36,287 nucleotides of DNA, taken from an uncultured Candidatus Saccharibacteria bacterium. Its GTDB lineage: Bacteria > Patescibacteriota > Saccharimonadia > Saccharimonadales > UBA4665. A program made the translations under genes and the position numbers. How positions within the stretch are numbered: position 1 is the first letter of the stretch; each line of letters starts with the position of its first letter. The notes below the pieces were generated by a model. The model ran no database searches, had not been told where the DNA came from, and worked only from the letters and a program-made list of their open reading frames with translations. Positions 8,324 to 16,571 of the stretch are shown here, piece after piece. Location: contig CAZLLY010000004.1 in NCBI GenBank assembly GCA_964560755.1, positions 1-36,287 on the forward strand, written 5' to 3'.

Positions 8324-10987
8324 ATGGAAAAAGAGGCAGGCCAAAAGCGACTCGTGGTTATCGACGGCAATTCGGTGTTTTACCGTGGCTACTATGCCAT
8401 GCCCAACCTTAGCACCAAAGACGGAACGCCGACCGGCGGTGTATTTGGGTTCGCCAGCATGGCACTAGAGGTCATCAAACGCTTGAAGCCCGACTATGTG
8501 GCGGTCGCCTGGGACAAACCAAAAACGAACATCCGAAAACGCCTCGCAATCTACCCGTCATACAAGGCAGGGCGCAAACCCGCTCCGCCTGACTTTTACG
8601 AACAAATCCCTGTTTTGCATGAGCTGCTCGATGCATTTGGCTGGCCACTGTATGAGCTCGATGACTATGAGGCCGACGATATCATCGGTACACTCGCGCG
8701 TCAGGCGAGTGAAGTAGGGGTTGAAACGCTCATCGTCACCTCTGATATGGACGCATTACAGCTCGTTGGGCCACTGACGAAGGTTTTTGCCATGAAAAAG
8801 GGCCTGAGCAACATCGAACTGTATTCGCCGGCTAGTTTTACTGCCAAATATGGGCTAGATGTTAGTCAATTCCTCGACCTCAAGTCGCTGAAGGGCGATA
8901 GCTCTGACAACATCCCGGGAGTGCCCGGTGTCGGTGAAAAAACTGCTATCCAACTACTCCAGGAATACAAAACGCTCGACGACATTTACGACAACCTCGA
9001 CCTTATGAAAAACACGCTCCGCGCCAAACTCGAGGCAGGCAAAGAAAGTGCCTACATGAGCAAAAAACTAGGCGCCATCTGGTGTGATGCGCCCGTACCA
9101 CTCGACCTCGAGCGTATGGACGGCCACCATGCTAACGCCGAGCTCATCGCCACTTTGCTTGAAAAACTAGAGTTCCGTAGCCTAGCTCGGCAGGTTCCGA
9201 CATCACTCGGCGTTGATTTATCGCAGGTTTCTAACCGAATAATCGACCGCGGATTGACGCTGCCAAAAAATGTCATTATCGATAATGAAGTAAAACTCAC
9301 CGAAGTTAAAAAGCCATCCCAGGCGGAATTGGTTATATATTCGCGGAGTGCAGGCGTCGCGGGTCGCGACCCAAGAGTACTCATCGTGTCGCCGTCGCCC
9401 GACCTAGTATATAGTTTTGACTTGTCAAAACTGCCTTCAGAGTCGGTCCTAGCACTTTTCGACTGGGAACACGCGGCCCTCACGGGCTACGACGTCAAAT
9501 CGTCACTTAAAACACTGCTCGGTATGGGTGTGCCAGGGGCAGATTTACCGACGGTAGGGCACGACGTGTTGGTCGGCTCATTTATCATCAATTCGCTGCG
9601 CCGTGAGCTTTCACTGACCGAACTCGGCGGCGACATCGGCTACGACGGGTCGCCGTTTGAGAGTCTAGCCGACGATGAGCTCCTAGCACGGGCTCCCGAG
9701 CTAGTCGCGGTACTCCGCGCCCTCACCGAACAACAAACAGACGAGCTCAGTAGCACCCCGAGCCTCCAGTCGGTCGCCGCAACCGTCGATTTCCCGGTTA
9801 TCCCCGTGCTCGCACGCATGGAATACCGCGGTATCCAGCTCGACACCGGCTACCTGGGTCGTTTTGCAAGCCAGATAGACGACACCATTTCTGACCTTGA
9901 GCAAGAAATATATGGCTACGCAGACACAGAGTTTAACATCGCGAGCCCTGCACAGCTCGCCGACGTTCTCTTTACGAAGCTCGACCTGCCAAAACAGGGT
10001 ATTAAAAAGGGTAAAACGGGCTACAGCACCGCCGCTAGCGAGCTCGACAAACTACGGTCATTACATCCCATCATCGACCTCATTAGCCAATTCCGCGAGG
10101 TGACAAAGCTCAAAAACACCTACGTCGACACCTTGCCACGCCAGGTCGACGGGCATAGTCGCATCCACACCACGTTCAACCTGACCATCGCCCAAACGGG
10201 ACGTCTGAGCAGCGTCGAACCAAACCTGCAAAACATACCCGTACGCACCGAGCTCGGTAAACACATCCGCACCGCTTTTGTCGCCGGAAAGGGCAAACGC
10301 CTGGTCAGTGCCGACTACAGCCAGTTCGAGCTCCGCCTAGCCGCCGCAATGAGCGACGACCACGAGATGATCGCGGCATTCAACCGCGGAGCCGATATAC
10401 ACCTTTTGACCGCCGCAGAAATATACGGACGCGACCCAGAGGATGTCACCAAACAGATGCGGTCGGCCGCAAAAACGGTTAATTTTGGTGTGCTGTATGG
10501 CATGAGTCCACACGGGCTGAGCGCTGCAACGGGCATGAATTTTATACAGGCCCGTGAGTTTATCGACAAATACTTTGAGCTGCGCAAACCGCTACTCGGC
10601 TACCTAGAGGGGCTGAAAGAGCAGGCTAAAAAGGCAGGCTACGTCGAAACATTGCTCGGCAGACGACGACTAATGCCCGACATCCAGTCGTCTAACTTTA
10701 TGGTGCGAAGTGGGGCAGAACGAGCTGCTATGAATATGCCCATACAGGGGACAGAGGCCGACCTGATGAAACTCGCCATGGTGGCCGTCGACAAACGGCT
10801 TGCGGCCGAAGCCCCGGGCGCCGACCAGTTGTTGCAAATCCACGACTCTATTTTGGTTGAGTGCGACGACATGGACGCCGAAAAAGTGGCACACATCCTA
10901 AAATCAGCCATGGAGGCAATCTACCCCGAGCTACCCGTAAAACTCGACGTCGACACGAGCATCGGCGTCAACTGGGGTGAGTTATAA
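8324..10987 (+). CDS. polA: DNA polymerase I
   Basis: This is an 887-aa ORF. The N-terminus has a 5'-3' exonuclease/FEN domain (VVIDGNSVFYRGYYA, GVPGVGEKTA). The C-terminus has family-A polymerase motifs: motif A DYSQFELRLAA, motif B RSAAKTVNFGVLYG, and motif C QIHDSILVE. Confidence 0.97.
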   Translation: MEKEAGQKRLVVIDGNSVFYRGYYAMPNLSTKDGTPTGGVFGFASMALEVIKRLKPDYVAVAWDKPKTNIRKRLAIYPSYKAGRKPAPPDFYEQIPVLHELLDAFGWPLYELDDYEADDIIGTLARQASEVGVETLIVTSDMDALQLVGPLTKVFAMKKGLSNIELYSPASFTAKYGLDVSQFLDLKSLKGDSSDNIPGVPGVGEKTAIQLLQEYKTLDDIYDNLDLMKNTLRAKLEAGKESAYMSKKLGAIWCDAPVPLDLERMDGHHANAELIATLLEKLEFRSLARQVPTSLGVDLSQVSNRIIDRGLTLPKNVIIDNEVKLTEVKKPSQAELVIYSRSAGVAGRDPRVLIVSPSPDLVYSFDLSKLPSESVLALFDWEHAALTGYDVKSSLKTLLGMGVPGADLPTVGHDVLVGSFIINSLRRELSLTELGGDIGYDGSPFESLADDELLARAPELVAVLRALTEQQTDELSSTPSLQSVAATVDFPVIPVLARMEYRGIQLDTGYLGRFASQIDDTISDLEQEIYGYADTEFNIASPAQLADVLFTKLDLPKQGIKKGKTGYSTAASELDKLRSLHPIIDLISQFREVTKLKNTYVDTLPRQVDGHSRIHTTFNLTIAQTGRLSSVEPNLQNIPVRTELGKHIRTAFVAGKGKRLVSADYSQFELRLAAAMSDDHEMIAAFNRGADIHLLTAAEIYGRDPEDVTKQMRSAAKTVNFGVLYGMSPHGLSAATGMNFIQAREFIDKYFELRKPLLGYLEGLKEQAKKAGYVETLLGRRRLMPDIQSSNFMVRSGAERAAMNMPIQGTEADLMKLAMVAVDKRLAAEAPGADQLLQIHDSILVECDDMDAEKVAHILKSAMEAIYPELPVKLDVDTSIGVNWGEL

Positions 10988-11017
10988 AACGCACCCAACT
11001 CTGGTAGAGTAATAGGT

Positions 11018-11437
11018 ATGGCCGAAGAACTATTTCACGTTGGCGTTAAAGCGATCGTACGTAACGGCGATGGTAGCGTTTTATTGGTACGAGAAACGGG
11101 GCATAGTGAGGCGTTTTGGGACCTGCCGGGCGGGCGGATGGAGGCGGGAGAAACGTTCGAGGCCACACTCAGGCGCGAGCTACACGAGGAAGTCGGCCTA
11201 AACGATATCGACACAGTTCAGCCATTTATGACGGTGCTGTCTAACAAACGTATCGCGGTCTCGGAAAGCACCGTAGGTTTGGTGCTAGTAACATATATAG
11301 TTACCGCTACATCTTTAGACACCCTCCGCGCAAACGAACCGAGGCTCGAGTTAGCCTGGGAAAAGCCCATGCAAGCCGCTGCACTACTGGCAGACAAATA
11401 CTCAAAAGATTTTTGTAACAAAATAGGGGAGTTATAA
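11018..11437 (+). CDS. Nudix hydrolase
   Basis: This 139-aa ORF carries a canonical Nudix box, GGRMEAGETFEATLRRELHEEVG. Confidence 0.9.
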   Translation: MAEELFHVGVKAIVRNGDGSVLLVRETGHSEAFWDLPGGRMEAGETFEATLRRELHEEVGLNDIDTVQPFMTVLSNKRIAVSESTVGLVLVTYIVTATSLDTLRANEPRLELAWEKPMQAAALLADKYSKDFCNKIGEL

Positions 11438-11443
11438 ACAAAT

Positions 11444-12334
11444 ATGTGGAAACGATTTGGCGAGTACCGCGAACGCTGCGCGGCAAAAAAACGTCTGAGT
11501 AGCCTGGCGATATTTCAGATAGTCGAGCAGGAGCTCCGCGTCGAAGTGGCTATCGCCAAACACCGTTGGCGTCAGCACACCGATTTTTCATACCTAGACC
11601 CCTATATCGAGGCCGCCACACAGCGTGCACGGATTGCCGAAAACGCTAACGACACAGATGCTGCGGCTGCAGCCTGGCTACTGGCGCTCATTTTGCGGTC
11701 GCCGCGTGCCGCTCAGGCCCAAATGCAGATGGATAAACACAAACATAGCTTCCACAATAAATCGGCACGCGTCATGGAACTGATCGATTTTAACGATGCC
11801 TATGTTTCGACGGTGCTTGCAATGCCAACAGATCATATCCATGAGTTTAATGCCGAATTCAAACGCATGATCGACTGGTTTTGCAAACGAGTTGGAGCCT
11901 GGGCGCTTTCCAATGAGCAGTTTGAGGCGATCGCACATGGACTGAGCCGCGAGATAGCCGTATACAACGCGGTTTACTCTGCCGGATTTGACGCAAAAAT
12001 GACCAACCGCACCGAGGACGCCTTTGGTATAGACCTACATATCCGCGAGCGAGAGACGAACAAACGCATCAGTGTGGATACCAAAACAAACTCCGCCTTT
12101 CACTACCGACTTATCGAACTTTTCAGGGAGGGCAGGCTTAGCCAAGACGATATCGACCTCGCGGAAAGGCGCGGCTATACCGCCGTCATGAACGGTCACG
12201 GCGAAGAAAAACAGCGCGTTATACTGTGGCGTATCGACCATGAAACCCTCGGCGACATCACCGACTTCGCTTTTGCCAAGACAGACCTACTGCTCGATGA
12301 GCTCCGCGGAATGTTAAACGAATATGGAGAATAG
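11444..12334 (+). CDS. Hypothetical protein; C-terminal half has a candidate PD-(D/E)xK (restriction-endonuclease-fold) motif
   Basis: This 296-aa ORF has an all-helical-looking N-terminal half. It is followed by ...SREIAVYNAV...TEDAFGIDLHIRERETNKRISVDTKT..., i.e. E...(G)ID...(V)DxK spacing like Mrr/restriction-endonuclease cores (nt about 12026-12088). It has no TM segment and no signal peptide. Confidence 0.35.
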   Translation: MWKRFGEYRERCAAKKRLSSLAIFQIVEQELRVEVAIAKHRWRQHTDFSYLDPYIEAATQRARIAENANDTDAAAAAWLLALILRSPRAAQAQMQMDKHKHSFHNKSARVMELIDFNDAYVSTVLAMPTDHIHEFNAEFKRMIDWFCKRVGAWALSNEQFEAIAHGLSREIAVYNAVYSAGFDAKMTNRTEDAFGIDLHIRERETNKRISVDTKTNSAFHYRLIELFREGRLSQDDIDLAERRGYTAVMNGHGEEKQRVILWRIDHETLGDITDFAFAKTDLLLDELRGMLNEYGE

Positions 12335-12335
12335 T

Positions 12336-12614
12336 ATGAACGAACGAGAGGGAACTCACACCATGGATGAAAAATTACAGAAAAAAATTATTCGGCAGCT
12401 CCGCGGCATTCGATTTTGGATGAGTTGTATGTGCATACTCATGCTGGTTGGGTTTGGCATACTGGGCTTCCTGACATTTCAGCTCGTCAGTACCATCCAG
12501 AAAGTCGAGAAACAGTTTTCGACCGTCCAGTCCCAGGCAAGCCAGGCGCTCGACGCCAAAAATAATCTCTGCGAAAACAGCCTCATCGCAAGCACAAGCG
12601 TCTGCAACAACTAG
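12336..12614 (+). CDS. Small single-pass membrane protein, unknown function
   Basis: The ORF track starts this gene at 12324. I prefer the ATG at 12336 because GGAGA lies 5 nt upstream and this start avoids overlap with the previous stop at 12332-12334. There is one TM helix (WMSCMCILMLVGFGILGFLTFQLV), followed by a short polar tail. Confidence 0.55.
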   Translation: MNEREGTHTMDEKLQKKIIRQLRGIRFWMSCMCILMLVGFGILGFLTFQLVSTIQKVEKQFSTVQSQASQALDAKNNLCENSLIASTSVCNN

Positions 12615-12630
12615 ATAGCTGTCTCTCAAA

Positions 12631-12740
12631 ACTCGTCATTCCCGTGAAAATGGGTTAGGTCATGGTTTTACAGTAGTTTATAGCTACTTCAACGATTTCT
12701 GGACCCGCGCGTACGAGGGGGGGTGACGAAGTTTTGGGGT
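12631..12740 (-). repeat. Copy B of the approximately 110-bp multi-hairpin repeat, inverted relative to copy A
   Basis: The reverse complement aligns to 8173-8283 over its full length, at roughly four-fifths identity by eye. Shared blocks include cttcgtcacccccc, gtacgcg, ggtccag, aagtagcta, ctact, taaaac, atgac, ccattttca and gggaatgacg. It starts 17 nt after the stop of the small TM gene. Confidence 0.8.
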
Positions 12741-12782
12741 CGTGAGTCAGACTAGACATACTTGACAATGTTTTTTTGACAT

Positions 12783-12806
12783 GCTACCTTGTAATAGAAA
12801 GGTAGC
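12783..12806. promoter_or_regulatory. Perfect 8-bp inverted repeat GCTACCTT-N8-AAGGTAGC upstream of padR; candidate PadR operator
   Basis: The palindrome ends 11 nt upstream of the PadR ATG at 12817. It is preceded by two TTGACA hexamers (12762-12767 and 12776-11781 should read 12776-12781). There is no T-tract after it, so a terminator is unlikely. Confidence 0.4.
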
Positions 12807-12816
12807 TTAAAGCATC

Positions 12817-13155
12817 ATGGACATAGTATCAACAGATGACAGTTTTGCCTCATTGCGAAAAGGTCTGCTCGAATTCGCTTTACTCCAGGTAATATCGGGG
12901 CAAAAAGTATACGCCGCCGACATACTTGAGCGGCTCAGCAACACACCATTTGCAACGAGCGAAGGTACGTTGTACCCATTGCTCTCCAAACTCAAGCAGG
13001 GCGGTTTAGTTGCGTACGACTGGGCCGAGAGCGAGTCTGGCCCACCACGGAAATATTACCGTTTGACGGCAGCAGGAACCGAACGACTCGCGGGAATGCG
13101 AGACTATTGGAAAGCGCTCGAAACAACATTAGATAGACTAGGAGAAACGTCATGA
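12817..13155 (+). CDS. PadR-family winged-helix transcriptional regulator
   Basis: This is a 112-aa ORF. The stretch LLEFALLQVISGQKVYAADILERLSNTPFATSEGTLYPLLSKLKQGGLVAYDWAESESGPPRKYYRLTAAG is a textbook PadR wHTH. Its stop overlaps the next gene's start (ATGA). Confidence 0.9.
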   Translation: MDIVSTDDSFASLRKGLLEFALLQVISGQKVYAADILERLSNTPFATSEGTLYPLLSKLKQGGLVAYDWAESESGPPRKYYRLTAAGTERLAGMRDYWKALETTLDRLGETS

Positions 13156-14270
13156 AAAAAGTAACAGCCATCAACTTAAACGGGCGAGCCTACCAAGTTG
13201 AGGAGGCGGGTTTTGCAGCGCTGCAAACCTATTTGAAATCTGCCGAGGAAAAACTTGCAAGCAACCCAGACAAGTCCGAGATTTTGGCGGATATCGAGCA
13301 GGCGATCGCCGACAAATGTGACGGTGTGCTGCAACTCGGCAAAAACGTGGTGTCAGCCGAAGCCATCCGAGAGATACTCGATAAAATCGGGCCGATCGAG
13401 GAAACGAGCGACACCAAAAAGTCAGAGAATGCTAGCGATACTGAACCTAAGGTGAAAAAACTATACTTACTGCCCAAAGAGGGCAAGCTGAGCGGTGTTT
13501 GCGCTGGTGTTGCTGCCTATTTTGGTATGGATGTCACCGTCGTCAGGCTGTTTTTTGTGCTACTTTTATTCCTGACACAAGGCTTTATGTTAATCGTCTA
13601 CATCGTCATGGCTATCGCAATGACAGAGGCAAAAACTCCCGAAGAGATCGCGGCGGCGCACGGCCGCCCAATGACCGCACAGGATATCATGAGCCGCGTA
13701 AATGTGCGCGCACCCAGCACGGAAAGCCTAAACCAGGTCGGCTCAACTATCAACCAAATCGGGCGGGTCATCGCCCAAGTTATCGCTATTTCCGCACTTA
13801 TCGTGTGGTCTATCGGCACGGCAGTTCTGGTCTGGTTGCTTTGGGCAATGGCACTTGGCTACATAAAACTGTACGACAATCTCGATTTTCTCAACGGTTG
13901 GCACCAGGGCGTGTTTATCTTGTGTGTATACCTGTTATTTGCATTACCACTACACTGGATATACCGGTCATTTATGGTAATCGGCAAAGGCCGAGGTAGT
14001 GAAGAGCTCTCAAAATCAACGAGGGTAGCTGCGGGCACTAGTATCGCTTTGTGGGCTTTTAGCCTGGTAACAATCGTCGCATTTGTCAGCTTTTATGCGA
14101 CTGATGTTGCGAGCTATGTACGCGCGCACCAAGGCTATATCGACATCGGCAAGAGTAATGTGTGCCTGGACCCAAGTCGTTGCCATCCAGCCGAAACCAT
14201 CGAACAACCTATCCAGCCGATCGAGGTTCAGTATAATACAGACACCACAAGTCCAGTCGAAGTACACTAG
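13152..14270 (+). CDS. PspC-domain membrane protein with an N-terminal DUF1700/HAAS-like helical domain
   Basis: This is a 372-aa ORF. The N-terminal segment FAALQTYLKSAEEKLASNPDKSEILADIEQAIADKCD resembles DUF1700. A PspC domain follows (KLYLLPKEGKLSGVCAGVAAYFGMDVTVVRLFFVLLLFL), then several more TM helices. It is translationally coupled to padR. Confidence 0.8.
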   Translation: MKKVTAINLNGRAYQVEEAGFAALQTYLKSAEEKLASNPDKSEILADIEQAIADKCDGVLQLGKNVVSAEAIREILDKIGPIEETSDTKKSENASDTEPKVKKLYLLPKEGKLSGVCAGVAAYFGMDVTVVRLFFVLLLFLTQGFMLIVYIVMAIAMTEAKTPEEIAAAHGRPMTAQDIMSRVNVRAPSTESLNQVGSTINQIGRVIAQVIAISALIVWSIGTAVLVWLLWAMALGYIKLYDNLDFLNGWHQGVFILCVYLLFALPLHWIYRSFMVIGKGRGSEELSKSTRVAAGTSIALWAFSLVTIVAFVSFYATDVASYVRAHQGYIDIGKSNVCLDPSRCHPAETIEQPIQPIEVQYNTDTTSPVEVH

Positions 14271-14272
14271 CA

Positions 14273-14318
14273 TTTTACCTGGGATATACTTTTAACAGAT
14301 ACGACTTTTACTTCATTT
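14273..14318 (+). repeat. 46-bp intergenic motif, copy 1 (most divergent)
   Basis: The sequence is ttttacctgggatatacttttaacagatacgacttttacttcattt. It begins 3 nt after the stop of the PspC gene. It has 9 mismatches in 46 positions relative to copy 2. Confidence 0.75.
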
Positions 14319-14446
14319 TGAAATTTTAGTGTTCAGTGGCTACATATCGAGCTATGTGGATCTCACGGATATTTACTGTAAAAAATAAAGGGTAGCGTAG
14401 TAAAATTGTATACATTTTAAGCCTATGACTCACTGCAACCATAAGC

Positions 14447-14452
14447 TATAAT
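14447..14452 (+). promoter_or_regulatory. Candidate -10 box TATAAT 9 nt upstream of the prgI-like ATG
   Basis: The sequence ...ccataagcTATAATaaacaggtaATG has no clear Shine-Dalgarno sequence. Confidence 0.3.
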
Positions 14453-14461
14453 AAACAGGTA

Positions 14462-15667
14462 ATGGCGACATATAAAGTTCTGCAGGATATCGAGGCAGAG
14501 GACAAGCTCGTTGGTCCTCTGACGCTCTGGCAATTTATCTATTTTCTCGGTGCAGCTCTCTGCGTCTATTTGGGTGCAATATCGGTACTAAAAGGTGTGC
14601 CATTCTTTCTAATATTTCTCGCACCTGTTGCGCTGTTTTTAGGGTTTCTGGCAATACCATGGGGCGGCGAGCAGCCAACTGAGGTTTGGGCGCTAGCAAA
14701 ACTCCGGTTTTTCTTGAAGCCTCGCCGACGCGTCTGGGACCAGGCGGGAATGACCGAATTGGTTACCGTAACAGCGCCAAAGCAAATCGAACGTGTTTTT
14801 ACTGATGGGCTCAGCCAAACAGAGGTGAAGAGTCGTTTGCACGCACTTGCAAGCACGCTCGACAGCCGAGGTTGGGCAGTCAAAAACGTCAATATCAATA
14901 TGGTTTCTGCTGCACCATCTTATTCTGCATCTGACAGGCTCATCGATGTGTCTTCGGGTGGTGCTGAAGTTCCTGCCGTCGACATCAAACCAGACGATGA
15001 CATCCTGGACGAGAGCGCAAACCCCATCGCCCACACCTTTGACACCATGATCGATCGGGCGGCAAGCGAATATAGAAAAGCCCTCGTCGACCGAATGAAC
15101 CAGCCGCTTCCTTCGTCGGGACATCAGAGCCCTTCGGCAGGGTTTGGTTTACCTACGAGCGAACCGGTCGCAGAGCAAACACAACCAATTCAAACCCCGA
15201 CCCAAGATGCCTCGCAGCCTACAGCTGCACCCGGTTTTTGGTTCACTTCGCAGCCAACTGCCCAGACCGACACCCCAGCCATAGATACACCCGACCCATC
15301 ATCAACAGATGACACTGCAAGCATCCCCCATGCGGGGGAACCGACCGACGAGGAAAAGGCCTTGCTTTCTCATTTGAAAGATGAAGAGTCGCAACAGACC
15401 GCAGTATACGGCCACTTAAAGACACTGAAAACTCCCGAACAAATCGAGGAAGAAGAGCGTGAGACGGCCGCTCAACAGGCTGAGATAGAGCGACAAAAAC
15501 AAGCCGCAGAGGCCGAGAGACGAGCGGCGGAAGCGGCCATGACATCAGAGAAACAGGCTGCTATAATAAACTTAAGCCGTACCAACGATTTCAATATCGA
15601 CACTATTGCGAGACAAGCCAAACAAGAGTTAGCTAACGATGATGAAGTAGTGGTACCGCTGCGATGA
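14462..15667 (+). CDS. PrgI-family (VirB3-like) T4SS membrane protein with a long low-complexity/coiled-coil C-terminal extension
   Basis: This is a 401-aa ORF. The N-terminus MATYKVLQDIEAEDKLVGPLTLWQFIYFLGAALCVYLG followed by a second TM helix matches my recollection of the PrgI family pattern (YxVPxxIxxEDKIxGxLTxRQ), which is normally about 120-150 aa. Here it is extended by a P/T/Q/S-rich region and an E/A/Q/R coiled coil. It sits immediately upstream of VirB4, as VirB3 genes do. Confidence 0.6.
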   Translation: MATYKVLQDIEAEDKLVGPLTLWQFIYFLGAALCVYLGAISVLKGVPFFLIFLAPVALFLGFLAIPWGGEQPTEVWALAKLRFFLKPRRRVWDQAGMTELVTVTAPKQIERVFTDGLSQTEVKSRLHALASTLDSRGWAVKNVNINMVSAAPSYSASDRLIDVSSGGAEVPAVDIKPDDDILDESANPIAHTFDTMIDRAASEYRKALVDRMNQPLPSSGHQSPSAGFGLPTSEPVAEQTQPIQTPTQDASQPTAAPGFWFTSQPTAQTDTPAIDTPDPSSTDDTASIPHAGEPTDEEKALLSHLKDEESQQTAVYGHLKTLKTPEQIEEEERETAAQQAEIERQKQAAEAERRAAEAAMTSEKQAAIINLSRTNDFNIDTIARQAKQELANDDEVVVPLR

Positions 15668-15704
15668 ATAACCAGATAATGACAGGCGGACAGGTGGAAA
15701 CCGT

Positions 15705-16571
15705 ATGAACCCAAACCAACAGCAATACTCTGGCATGCCAGCACCAGGTACTGGCCCGCAGCTCGCGCCACCTCCCGTGCAGTATGCCGCGCCCCCGACG
15801 GCGGCGCAACCAGGACAGGCACCTCCAACTCCTCAGCCAAAAACCAACCCCAACAGCACACAAAACACACTGCAAATAGCAGAAATACGCGATGGTATCG
15901 TTATTATGAATGACGGGTCATTTCGAGCGGTTGTTATGGCAAAAAGTATCAACTTTGACCTGATGAGCCCCCAAGAACAGGAAAGTGTTGAGTACGCCTA
16001 CCAAGGGTTTTTGAACTCATTGTATTTCCCCGTGCAGATATTTTTGCGGTCACAAAAAGTCGACCTGCAGCCATATATCGAAAAACTAGACAAAATCCGA
16101 ACCGAACATGACAATATGCTGCTCGCGATGCTCATGGAAGACTACATAAACTATATCGACCAGCTCGCTATGCAGACGAATATCATGGATAAGCGGTTTT
16201 ACATTGTGGTACCGTATTTTCCTGTCGCTGGGCCAGAGCTCGCGACGAGTCAGAATAAAAACTTCTTTAGCGGTTTGATGGGACTTTTCCAGAACAAAGA
16301 GAGCCATGTCGTGATAAATGACGCCGAGCTAGAAAAAACCAAAACCGAGCTGCGAAACCGCGTTCAGGCCGTACTTGGTGGTTTGCAGCCGTGTGGCGTT
16401 CAGGGGTTACCACTCGACACCCAGGAGCTCATCGAGCTATATTACGACACGTACAACCCCGACACAGCAACCAGACAACAGCTGAAAAACTTTAACGACC
16501 TTACCGCAGATGTCGTCACAAAGGGGCAAGGAATGGCGCAACAAGCACATTTGCAGAGGGAGATGCAGTAA
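15705..16571 (+). CDS. Protein resembling the detached N-terminal domain of VirB4/TrbE/CagE, preceded by a P/Q-rich segment
   Basis: This is a 288-aa ORF. The first roughly 55 aa are P/Q/A-rich. They are followed by LQIAEIRDGIVIMNDGSFRAVVMAKSINFDLMSPQEQESVEYAYQGFLNSLYFPVQIFLRSQKVDLQPYIEKL...RFYIVVPYFP...LPLDTQELIELYYDTYNP. This follows the pattern I associate with the first roughly 200 aa of VirB4-family proteins. Its stop TAA overlaps the ATG of the VirB4 ATPase ORF (TAATG), and AGGTGGA provides an RBS. Confidence 0.45.
   Translation: MNPNQQQYSGMPAPGTGPQLAPPPVQYAAPPTAAQPGQAPPTPQPKTNPNSTQNTLQIAEIRDGIVIMNDGSFRAVVMAKSINFDLMSPQEQESVEYAYQGFLNSLYFPVQIFLRSQKVDLQPYIEKLDKIRTEHDNMLLAMLMEDYINYIDQLAMQTNIMDKRFYIVVPYFPVAGPELATSQNKNFFSGLMGLFQNKESHVVINDAELEKTKTELRNRVQAVLGGLQPCGVQGLPLDTQELIELYYDTYNPDTATRQQLKNFNDLTADVVTKGQGMAQQAHLQREMQ

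Noticed and set aside
8173-12740. The segment flanked by the inverted 110-bp repeats as a composite transposon or genomic island
   Set aside because: There is no transposase, integrase or recombinase inside. The cargo includes polA, and the composition matches its surroundings. I kept it only as a repeat/inversion-substrate observation.
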